A stretch of DNA of 64,000 bases, taken from positions 19,234 through 83,233 of the IMG/VR virus record IMGVR_UViG_3300046703_000247, one strand, 5' to 3'. This document shows, in pieces, positions 9,822-21,800 of this stretch; position 1 is the stretch's first letter, and each line of letters begins with the position of its first letter. The notes under the pieces are model-generated. The model was not told the DNA's origin and made no database searches. It saw only the letters and a list, made by a program, of their open reading frames with translations. The position numbers were made by a program, and so were the translations under genes. The DNA comes from a virus.

Positions 9822-12800
9822 ATGCCCCTTACCGATACCCCCGACAGCTTCGTGCCCGACGTTCCGACCCCGGAAGAGGTCGAAGCCGAGTTGCGCGCGG
9901 CTGCCAAAGCCCACGGCCTCGACGAGGACCTGGCGCTACGTGTGGCCAACCGGGAAAGCCGGCTCACGCAGTCCGCCACCTCCCCTAAAAAGGCGCGCGG
10001 AGTCATGCAACTGATGCCCGAGACAGCCAAAACCCTGGGCGTCGATCCAGAGGACTGGCAGCAGAACATCCAGGGTGGGGTGAAGCTCCTCAAGAGTAAT
10101 CTTGACTACTACAAGGGCGACACCAGGAAAGCGCTCGCGGCTTACAACGCCGGACGCGGACCCGTCGACAAGTACAACGGCGTTCCCCCCTACAAGGAAA
10201 CCCAGGAGTATGTGGATAACATCCTCGGCAAGCCCGTAGCCCCGCCGCCGAGTTTCGAGCCGGATCCGCCCAGCTTCGAAGCGGACCAGCCGGTCACCAT
10301 CCCCGGCCTACTTAAACCGGGCAATATCGACCTCACCGCCAGGCCCGTTCATAAGAACCCTGATGGCACAACCTCAACAGTGCTTTCCATGAGGTTTGGC
10401 GAGGATGGCAAGGAAATACTGGTTCCCAAGGTCAGTGAGGATGGGACCTGGATACTGTCCGACGAAGAGGCGGTCGACACCTACCACAAAACGGGGAAGC
10501 ACCTCGGGATCTTCAAGGATGTGCCCAGTGCGAACGCCTATGCGCAGCAACTCCACGAAGATTACGCCTCCGGAAGAATCAAGTTAAAGACCCCGGGGGC
10601 CGCTGACCCGCCCAGCTTCGAAGCGGACCAGCCGACTGCACTCCAGGTTCCCGCCCAGATCCCCAGCCGAGCCGAACTGGCCACGATGGGCGAGCGCTTG
10701 GGCGTCCTACGCATGACGCTCGATACTCAGGCCGAGCAGATGGCCCGCAACCGGGCCGCGCTCGAGGCCGAGGCCCAGCAGTTCACCCCCAAGACCCCTC
10801 CCGAGCAACTGGCGGCCTTCGACCAGAAGGTGAAGTTGCACAACCTGGACCTGGCCGAGTTCCAGAACGCGGTCGCCGGGCACGCCAAAGACATCGAGGC
10901 GTACAACGCCGGGACGGCGGCGTTCAACGAGAACCTTGGGCGCTATGACCAGGCAATGAAGGTGCCGCCGGGCACCCAACGGACAGGACTCCCAGGAATG
11001 CCGCTCACCCGCATGCCGGTGCAGGTGCAGCCGAGCGGGGTGTTAGGCCTGGCTAAAGAGTCGCTGCCTTGGAAGATTGCCAACACCCAGGCATTCAAGG
11101 CGCTGGGATTGCCCACCACCGCCGACGCCTACGACTATTCGGTGGAGGCTGCGAAGAAACTTGTAGCGAAGGTGCTGGGTGAACCGAGCGAAACCACCGC
11201 CAGGAAGCACCCAGGCGTGGCAGCAACCCTCACATTCGGCGCGCGCGTTGCCCGCCTGTTCCCTGAAGTGGCCGACTTCATCCTGACGCCGGCGGGGACG
11301 GCTACGGCCATCGCGACCGCGGTCGCCCCTCCGGCGGTAGTCGCAGGTGTGGGCGCCGCCTTCAGCACAGACATCGCCCTGAAGGCGAATGACGCCATCG
11401 AAGTAGCCCGGACCAACCCGACTCCCGAGAATATCGGGGAGGCCGTCAAGCTGTCGGCTATGGCTCTCTTGCCCTTCCTGCGGCCGGCGGCCGAGTTGGG
11501 CCGGAAGGTCGAACGCGGGATCGAACAGCACAACGTCCAGGCGGCCCAACTGGTGGAGCGGGAGCGCACCCAGGGGTTAGGAAAAGAATGGGGGCAGGCC
11601 ATCCTTGGGGAAGAGCCGGTCCGCGTCGAGATTGCGGGGAAGTCCCACACTATTCAGGCGCTGGGCGGGAATCCTGTTGCCGGTAGTGTCAGACCGCGTC
11701 CCACCTACCAAGTGGTGGATGATGCCACCGGCAAAGCCGTCTACTCGGGAGAAGCTCCGGCGGTCCAAGGTTATCTCGAACAGCAGCAGGCAGTTCGAGT
11801 CGGCGGGCTCGTAACATCTGTCGACCAGATCTCAGCGCAACTCGATACTGAGTATTCCAAAGCCGTGGCCGACCGCGCGGTGGCCCAATCGGTTCGGGAC
11901 CAGATCAGACAACTTCAGAAATTCTCGCCCGAGCAACTGAAGGCCGAGCAAGCCAAGGGCAAGGTCATCCTGGACCACGAGGCCGAACTCAACCAAAAAG
12001 GCGTAGCGGGGCTCTCGGAAACAGACCTGGTGGAGGTCCAACAGCACCTCCAGATGGTCGATGATCTACTCGCCGGGAAGCCCATCAGCGACAACTTTGC
12101 CGAACAGGCCGTCAAGGAAGCCGACGCACATATCTCCGAAATTCAGAAGAAACGGGCACAACTCGGAGCCGAAGGCACGAAGCTCCCACAAGCGCAGCGG
12201 CCCGCCGCCCCCGGGCCCGCCGCTCCCGCCGTGATCGCCAAAGGCACCACCGTCGCCGGCGGGAAGATCACGGTCACCGAGGTCAAAGGCGGCAAGGTCG
12301 GCTTCGAAAAGACCATGCCCGGCGGCCAGAAGATCCGCGGAACCATGCCGATCGAAGCCTTCCGGTCCCAGTTTCTTGCGACGTCGCAGCCTGTTCAGCC
12401 GCAGCCTACTGCTCAGCCGAAGCCTCGGGAGACGGAACCTACGGTTCCTTCTCCCAAACCCACTTTTTCCCTTTCGGAAGCCGAGCAGGCGCAGTACGAC
12501 CAGGTCGCGGAGTTCGCCCGCACCGCCGGAAAGCCGCTCACCGACAAGTTGCTTTGGGAGAAGTTGAAGATTCCGCGCCACGAGGGCGCAAAGATCCTCG
12601 CGGTGATGAAGCAGCAGGGAGCGCTGGACCAGCAGGGGCAGCCGCAAGCTCTTTCGCCGCAGCCTGTTGTTCAACCGCAGCCTCCAGGGGCGAAACCTGC
12701 GGTTTCTCCCCTAGCAACCCCTCTTCCCTTGAACGCCGCCCCGGTCGGCCAAGCCTACCAGGGCGAGCTGGCGGGCGACTGGTCGCCCTACTACCGGACC

Positions 12801-15800
12801 ATGGCCGAGGCGCAGGCCGCCGGCGCGAAGAACGTGCAACTCGGGGCGGCTCCGGAGGTATGGAACGGGCAGAAGTGGGCGGGGGCGGTATCAAATGATG
12901 CCAAGCAGCAGGCTCAGCCGCAGCCTCCAGGGGCGAAACCTGCGGTTTCTCCCCTAGCAACCCCTCTTCCCTCCGAACCCCAAACGCCCGCCCTTGAGGC
13001 GCTGAAGCGCCAAATGTCGGACTTCTACAGACGGCGCGTGCGCGTGAACGACCGCACCTTCGTGGGGGGCGTCTACAATCCCAATCGCTCCGAAGAGGAA
13101 CGCCAAAGCATTGACGCCCAACTAGAAGAGATTGATTCCGAGGCGCGCAGTGTTCTGTCGAAGGTCCCACAGAACGACTTGCCCGAGCTAATGAGCGCGG
13201 ACAACCGGATGCGGGTCCTTGAAGGGGACAATCCCCTAACCCGAAATGACAGAGGAGGCCCTGACTGGGCAGCGCAGGAATGGCTGAACCGGATTGTCGA
13301 GGTGACGCCGGAGCGCGCCGCATTGTCTGCGCCGACAAGCACCCCAGCCCCAGCAGGTAAGCAGATTGCCGCGCCCCAGCCCCCCGCTGTGCGCGCGCCG
13401 GCCCCCGCCGAGACTCCAGCATCCTTCGAGCCGGACACACTGCCCAGGAGCCTGGAACTGGAGCAGAAGCACGGTCTCTCACCCGCCGAGGCAGCCGTCA
13501 TCAACCATGCGCTCGACCGCCTGCCCCAGGTTCGCAAGGACTACTCCAGCGCAGCGGAGGCACTTCAGAAGGAAGCCCTGCGGCTGGCGGCGCCGGCGAA
13601 CGTCCCGCTCGACAAGATCGCCAACATCAAGTTGCTCAAGCGCATCCTGGCGGACTACCTCGACCCCGAGCAGTTTAGAGCCGCAGAGGCGCAGAACAAG
13701 GAACCCTGGCAGATGACGCGGGAGGAGTTCACCGCCCCGGTGCGTGAGGATCTGGCTCGTTGGAATTCGTCCTTCGATGAGTTGCGCGCCAAGAGAGGCG
13801 GGACTCGCGGACAGACCCCAGCACAGGCTCTCTTTGATGCGAAGCAGAAGCACGAAGAGGGAAGAAAGCCCTACCTCGAACGTATCGCGGAGACAGAGCA
13901 ACTTCATGAGCGGAACATTCGCCGTGCGGTTGCAGACGGTAAACCCGTTCCGGCCGCAGTCCTAGCCGAGTACCCCGATCTGAAGCCCGCGCAAGCACTC
14001 GACCCCGACCAAGTCTACCGACGCGCACAGGCCGAGATGGAGCGGCGCCATCTGAAGCAGGGGCTGGAGCAGTTAATCGCCCTCGACCCCGACAACCCGC
14101 GTGAAGACGATCTTGGAGTTGGCAACGATCTTGAGGACGTAACAGGAAACCTGCAAAGCATCGGCTTCTCCAGACCGGAGATCCAGGCCGTACTGGAAGG
14201 CCGCCGCCAGCGGCTCCAGGCGCACCGTGAGCAATCCGCGCGCGCGGCTGAAGCCATCAAGCCGGCGATGCCTGGGGGCGTGGTCTATGAAGCGGTGGGC
14301 AAGGCTGTGGGCGCTTCGCGCGATAAGAAGGACTCCCAGATGTTCGTGTGGCGCACGGACAGCGAGAAGCAGGGCTACGAGTTCCTGAACGCGCTGGGCA
14401 ACAACCTCCAATATGGCCACAAGGATCTGCCGGCCGCCATTCGCGCGGTAGCCGAGCAGAACCCAGATTGGACGGATCTATCAAAGACGGCTCTCACTGC
14501 GCTCGGAAGGGAAGAAGTGGTCTCGGAGAAGAAACCGCAGGTTGCGTCTCCGGAGTCTCAGCCGAAAGAAAAGCCCACCGAGTACGACTTCGCCTCCACC
14601 CAGGTGAACCTCCCGCCGGAGATCGCCCAGGCCATGCAGGAGTTCAACGCCCAGATCCCAGATGAAGACCTGGCGGTAGAGGCGGGAGCCAAATACGGCG
14701 GGGAGACAGCCGCCAAGGGCCGCGAAGAACAGTCGCACGTCACCCTGCTCTACGGAATCAAATCCGAGAACCCGGACGCTGTGCGCAAGTTGCTGGAGAA
14801 CCAGCCGCCCATCACCCTGAAGCTGGGCAAGACCTCGGTGTTCGCAGGAACCGACAACGGCGATGTGCTCAAAATCGACGTGGAATCAGAGGATCTGGAG
14901 CGGCTCAACAAGCTGTTGAAAGACAACCTGGAGTTCACCGAGACCCACCCAGGCTACAAGCCCCACGCCACGCTGGCCTACCTCAAGGTGGGGAAGGGCA
15001 AGGAGTGGAGCGGCAAGGACGTGCCGGGAGTCACCGGGAAGACTGTAACCCTGGACCGGATTGCATTCTCGGACAAGAGCGGGGAGCAGACATCTATCCA
15101 ATTGAAAGGTGAGAAGCCGCAGACTACTCCTAAGCCGCAGCCTCGGGAGACGGAACCAACGGTTCCTTCTCCCAAGCCCGCTTCTTCCCTTTCGGAAATC
15201 CCGAAGCCGAAGGCCTACACCTTTGCCAATCACAAGTTCATGTCGGCGAAGGACAAGCAACTCACCTTCAAGGCGTGGATCACCTTCCTCCGCAACGGGC
15301 TACAACAGAAGGACTTCACCAAGCGGCTGTACGAGCAACTCCACCAGCACATGGGCTTCATCGCCCACTACAACATCAACGGGTTCTACGAGGAGTACTT
15401 CCTGCACGGCGAGGACACCGAGCGGTTCATTCAGCACTTTGACCTGGCCGACCACCGCTACGGTCCGGACTCCACCAACGGATTCTGGATGAATAGTGAC
15501 ACCGCCAAGGATTTGAACCGCGCCATGGTGGATGAGGCGGCGCCGTATCTGCCCGGCCTGTTGGAGAAGGCGGCGGCGGGCCAGAAGGCCGAAGACCTGG
15601 CGGAAGCGCAACGGCTCCAGGCGAAGCACGGCGCGCCGGCGCCGGCGCCGGTTGTCACCCATAAACTTCAGGGCGGAGGGATCGTACAGGAGTTGAAGTC
15701 TCCGGAATTGCGTTTTCAGAAGAACGACCACGTTCGCTGGACCGACAAAGACGGAAATGCCAAAGAGGGATACGTCAGCCGCGTCGAGGGTCACCTGGTT

Positions 15801-18800
15801 TTCATCGGGACAGAGTCAGATCAGAAGTTCGGGATGTTCCGCCCGGTGATGGCGAGCAAGGTCGAACTGATCGAGGATGAGGGCGACACCCCCACTCCGA
15901 AAAGGGATGAAGGGGTCGAGGGGAAGCAACCGCAGGTGGCGTCCCCTCGGGCTCCAGCCAAGACAGAAGCGCCCGCCAAGACCGGAGATATCGAGCGCCA
16001 GATCACCGAAGCTGAATCCGACTTGGCCGCCGCCCGTAAGCTCTACGAGGGCACCGAAGACGGAACACTCGACCAGGAAGAAGCCATCCGGGAGATGCAC
16101 CAGGCGCTGGCCGAGGTGAACCGCCTCCAGGCCGAAGCCGCCAAAGAGAACCCGCTCCTCACCGAACAGGCCGAAGGCCGCCGTCAGACCATGCCCCCGA
16201 TGCCCAAGGGCAAGGAGAGCCACTGGCAGCAGTTGATGGACGACTCCTCCGACCTGGGGGCCACCGCCGGCGAGGAGTACGTCGTTGACTACGGCCTATG
16301 GGTCGAGCGCGGCAAACCGGCAGGCAAGGAACCCGAGAAGCCCAACGCCGAGCGTGAGACCTCCATCGACCGCGGCGAATACCCCAAGGGTTGGCTGCGC
16401 CAGGCGGCCGCCGAGTTCCAGACCAGCTTTGATAAGGAAGTTGCCAAGGGGCTGAAGGAGATTGAGCAGGAGACCGCCAGAAACGCGGCGGGAGCGGCGG
16501 CCGACGCGGCGCGCGAGCTCGAGATCCGCAAGGCTGAGATTCAGGACCTGGCCGCCAAGTTGCGCGAGCACGCGAGCGGCGATCGCACCGACCTGGCGGA
16601 GCGCAAGCGGCTCGTCACCGCCGCCCTAGACCTGAAGACCGGCAAGAAGCTCAACGAGGACACCGATGCGCTCTGGGAGCAAGCAATCCGCCCGGCCATC
16701 GAGGCGATCCGTCGCGCCGCGGTGGACAAGATTGAGGGCAAACAGATCACCCCTGACACCCCTGTCTGGGAGATGCGACCAGCGCAATACCTGGAGCACC
16801 GGCGCGAACAGGCGTTGCAGATTCCAAAGGGCAGCTTCCTCGAGCGCGAGCCCGGGGAGTGGCGCACCGAGTTTCTGGTAACGCTGTCCAAGGAGGAACT
16901 TGGGGTATTGCTCCGCCTCAACGGTCTCCCCATAAACGGCACCAAAGCCATGATGGTGCAGCGCTTCCAGGATGCCCGCGCGTTGCGCAACCAGTTCGAG
17001 GGCAAGACGGCGGAGCAGATCGAAGAGGAGATGACTGGCGCGGAGATCGACCGCGCGCTGGAACAACTCGGGGCGGGGAAGTACGGCAACAAGCTGACGC
17101 GGGCCGGGACAATCCTCGGCACCATTCAAAGCCAGCGTAAGAAGGGCGAGAGCGTCCTGGCTGAATTCAACTATCAGCGCGCCATCTATCGGGCAGTGGG
17201 GAAAGGCCAGCCGGTCCCCGAGGAGATCCAGAAGAAGTACGGCGCCTTCCAGACAATCGAGGATGTTGCCGCCGCAATTCCAGAAGAGGGGACCGCGGAA
17301 CCAGACAAGAAAATCAGGATTGGCGACCGGGTCACATGGAAGGGATTCGACAAGGTTGTACGGGTCGGCACGGTCAGCCACATTCGCCACCACATAGAGA
17401 ACGGCCGGGAGCGCAATACGCTGGAGATTGACGGCGACGACCATGGCCGCTACTTCCCTGACGACGTCGACGTCACGAAAGTAGCCGCCGAAACCAGGGA
17501 TGAAGGGGGCGCGGGGGAAGCAACCGCAGGGTTGCGTCCCCAGCAGGCTCCGGCAGAAACACCCGCCGAACCGACGGAATACGCCTTGTCGGGCGACACC
17601 TACCGCTTCAAGAACATCATCCGGGCCCAACTGCAAGGCAAGTGGAACGGCAAAGAAAAGGTGTGGATTATCCCCGCCAGCCAGGTGGAGGCAGCCCGGA
17701 AACTCTCAAAGAAGATCGAGGTGAAGCCCTTCGGGCAGGTGAAGACAGCCCCCGCCCAGCCGCCCATGGACGAGCAGACCGCCTCGGCCGTCATCCAGGA
17801 TCTGGTCAAGACCATCTCCGAAGCCCAGGAAGAGGTGCACTTCGCGCAGAACGACAAGGACACCGACAAAGGCGCAAGCACTCAGGCAAACGAGGCCAAA
17901 CTGGCTACGGCCGTCAAGGATCTGCGGAGCGTGGTAACGGAAGCCAAGAAGTACTTGGACTTTCCAAACGCACCGGAGAGCGATAGGGAAGCTTTGCGGA
18001 CTCAACTCTACCGCGCCGAGCAAAACCTCAGAGGATATGAGCGCCCCGGCCCCTCCATCAACCAGACCATCGAAGCCGAGAAGTACGTTGAGAAACTGAC
18101 GGGTCCCGAGCAGACCTACGCGGCGAAGTACAAGGACTACTGGCTGGGAAAGATCGCCGAAGAGCCTCCCTACGTCGGCGTCCACATCAACCCGCTGCGC
18201 GCTGAAGGCATCCGGACACATCTAAAACACGTCCTCGGAAAACGGGTAGAGGTTACCGGCGGGCCGGAAGCTACGAAGCCCGCGACCGAGACGCGCGTCC
18301 CCAAGTGGGGCAACCTCACAGAATTGGAAGCTGAGCTGCTCCGCGGCCTCAATAGACCACAGCCTATTGGTGATCTCTTTGATTCGATCGGTCAGCATTG
18401 GCCTGATTCCGAGAAAATCAAGGTGCTTCATGCACTCGACAGCCACGGTCTGGTAAAAGCCATCCACGGCGGCGGGTACGAGCGCACCGAGGCGGGCACC
18501 GTCGCAATCGGCAAAGGACCGGCGGAAGCGTATCTTCCGAAGGGGACCGCGCCGGCGCCTGCACCGAAGGGCAGCTTCAAATACGAGTTCCAGGTGCACG
18601 GCGAAGGCGGCAAGTGGAGCGACAACGCCCTGCGCTTTGCCACCGAGAAGGAAGCCCAAGCAGCCGGAGATGAGCACCTTACGCGCTGGACCATGGCCGA
18701 TGCGGTCCGGGTGGTGCCGTCCGAGGATGCGCCTAACTACCGCTGGGACGACGACCAGTACAAATCCGTCCGGCTGTCCGGGAAGGAAGAGGGGGTGCAG

Positions 18801-21800
18801 GGGGAGAAACCGGAGGTTTCGCCTCCTGAAGCGCCGGCCCCAACAGTTGAGGAAGCCCTGGCTATCATCGAGAGAAAAGGCTCAGCCCATTGGGAAGACA
18901 CTACCATCAAGGTGGTTCCACACCCATCGGTTACCGGGATGGTCGACACCGATGGAACCAGCTTCTCAGTAGAAGTGACCCGGAATGGGGAGCGCAACAT
19001 CATCGAAGCCGCCCCTCTGTCCCTGGAAGATGCCCAGAAAAAAGCTGCCCGGATGCTGGTGGAACGCGCAAAACTTCCGCCACTCGGCAAAAAACAGAGC
19101 ATAATGGAGGCGGAGCAACCCAATGCCCCAGGTGGAATACAGCAGCCCGTTCGTTCAACTGGTGCTCGACCAGTGGAAGAACAACTTCCCGAAGGAAGCC
19201 GAGCGCCTGGAGAAGCAGGGAACGCTCCTCAAGTGGGCCGAGTACGCGACCAAGCGGGCGGGCGCGGTACACGAGCAGGCGCTGGCAAACGGAGCGAGCT
19301 ACACCCAGGCGGAGGATCTGTCCCTACCCGAGTGGGGCCAGCCACCGACGTTGAACGATCCCTCCCTCCCCGTTCCCGAGACGTAGCCAACAACCGCCAC
19401 GAGCACGACTTCCGCATTCCGGACCGGCGTGTCATTTCCGGATCCCCTGAAACCCGGGCGAAAGCCAACCTCGCAGCCATCCGCCTGTTGCGCGAAATCC
19501 AGCAAGACAACCGCGCCGCCACGGTCGAGGAGCAGGAGACCCTGGCGCGGTACGTCGGATGGGGCGCCGTTCCGCAGTTGTTCGCCGGCAACACCTCAGA
19601 GTGGAAGGCGCTCCAGAACGACCTGCGCAAGTCGTTGAGCGAAGAGGAGTACTCTCTCGCCCAGAATTCCACCAAGAACGCCCACTACACGGGAGATGAG
19701 GTGGTGGATGCCATGTGGGCCACGCTCGAGCGGATGGGCGCCACGCCGGGCATGAACTGGCTGGAGCCCGCGGTGGGAGTCGGGAACTTCTTCGGCCGGC
19801 AGCCGGAGGCCTTGCTCGCGGGTTCGCGACGAATCGGAATCGACAAGGATTCGCTTTCCGCACAGATTGCCACGCTGCTCTACCCGGACTCGGGCATCCA
19901 GAACCAGCCCTTCGAGGAAGCCGAACTCCCCAAGGACTACTTCGACGCCGCCATCTCAAACGTGCCCTTCGCCGATGTTAAGGTGCACGACCCTGAATTC
20001 CGCAACAAAATATACCTGAGATCGAGCGTTCACAACTACTTCTTTGCAAAGACTTTGGGCAATGTGAAGCCGGGCGGCATCGTGGCCTTCATCACTTCTC
20101 ACTACACCATGGACGCCTACGGCCAAGAGGCCAGGGCTTTCCGGAAGTGGATCGCTTCACAGGCCGATTTCCTCGGCGCCGTGCGGCTGCCCTCGAACGC
20201 CTTCATGCAGAGTTCGGGCACCCACGTCATCACCGACATCGTCTTCCTACAGAAGCGACTGCCCAACGCTGCGCCCGCCGGCGAGGATTGGGTGGAGACG
20301 GTGAACAAGACGCTCTCCGGGCAGTGGGGCGTGTATCCCGTAACCACCAACGCCTACTACAAGCGGCATCCCGAACACCTTCTGGGAGAGGAGAAGCTGA
20401 AACGCGGCCAGTTCTCAGACCATGATTACTTTGTGGAAGGGGAACTGACGCCGGCCGCCCTGAAGAAAGCCCTCTCCAAGATCCCCGGCCAGTTCCAGCA
20501 ATGGCAGACAGGGGCGACGGCCCCCCGGCGGATCGCCCTGCGGGAGATTCGCGCAGAATCCGACAAGGCCAAGCTCGGAGCCCTCTTCTTTGATGACAAG
20601 GGCGACCTGTTCCGCAAGACCAGCAAGGGATCCGCTGAGCCGATTCCCGTGAGTGCGGATGCCAAGCAGAAGATCAAGGGTCAGTTGGAATTGCGCAACG
20701 CCTACGCGGAGCTGCTCGAGCTCGAGCGCAAGGATGCCCCCGAGGCGGCGCTCGATAGCGCCCGCAAGCGGCTCAACCGGATGTACGACAAGTACGTCGC
20801 CGAGCACGGCCCCTTATCGAGCCGAAGCAACACGGAGCTGCTCAAGGGAGATCCGGACGCCCCGCACGTCGTCAGCCTGGAGCGCAAGTGGGACCCCAAG
20901 ACGAAGACCGCCGAGAAGTCCCCGATTTTCAAGCGCCGCATGCTCCAGCCGCCCAAGGCCCTGGAACACACCGCCGACGCCAAAGATGCTCTTTACGTCT
21001 CCCTGAATCAGACCGGGCGGATTGACTTCGAGCGCATGGAGAAGTTAACCGGCAAGGGAAGCACCCAACTCCAGAGCGAGTTGAAGGGCATCATCTACCA
21101 GGACCCGACCAGCCGCGAGTGGGAGATGGCCGACGAGTATCTCTCCGGAGCGGTGCGCACGAAGTTGCGCCAAGCCCAGGCCGTGGCCAAATTGGAGCCC
21201 GAGTTTGAGGAGAACGTCAAGGCGCTCGAACAGGTGCAGCCCGACGACATTCCGCCGGCACAGATCAGGGTCGCACTGGGCGCAACCTGGGTTCCGATCG
21301 ATATCTACACCGAGTTTGCAACGCACATTCTGAACAGCTCGACCGACACCCCGGTCCGCTACGTGGCGAACCACTGGCACGTGGATGAGCCCTACTACAG
21401 TTCCGCCCGGTCCAAGAGCCAGTGGGACACCGGCCGCATGAATGCCCACCAGATCCTGGAAGGCTCCCTCAACATGACGCGCCTCAAGGTCCACGACTGG
21501 GACAGCGATAAGAAGCGGGATGTTATCAACCAGCCGGAAACGGCCGCGGCGCAGGCCAAGCAGCAGGAGTTGCAGACCTACTTCGAAAGATGGCTTCTAT
21601 CTACCGAGGCCGCGCGCACGGACCAGATGGTGCGCCTCTACAACGATGCGAAAAACGACCTCCGCCTCCCGACCTTTGACGGCTCCCACCTGACCCTTCC
21701 GGAAATCGTTCGGGATCCGCAGATTGTGACGGGCGGCGATCTGGCACCCCACCAGAAGAATGCCGTTTGGCGCGGCATCAAGCAGCGCAATGTGCTCCTG

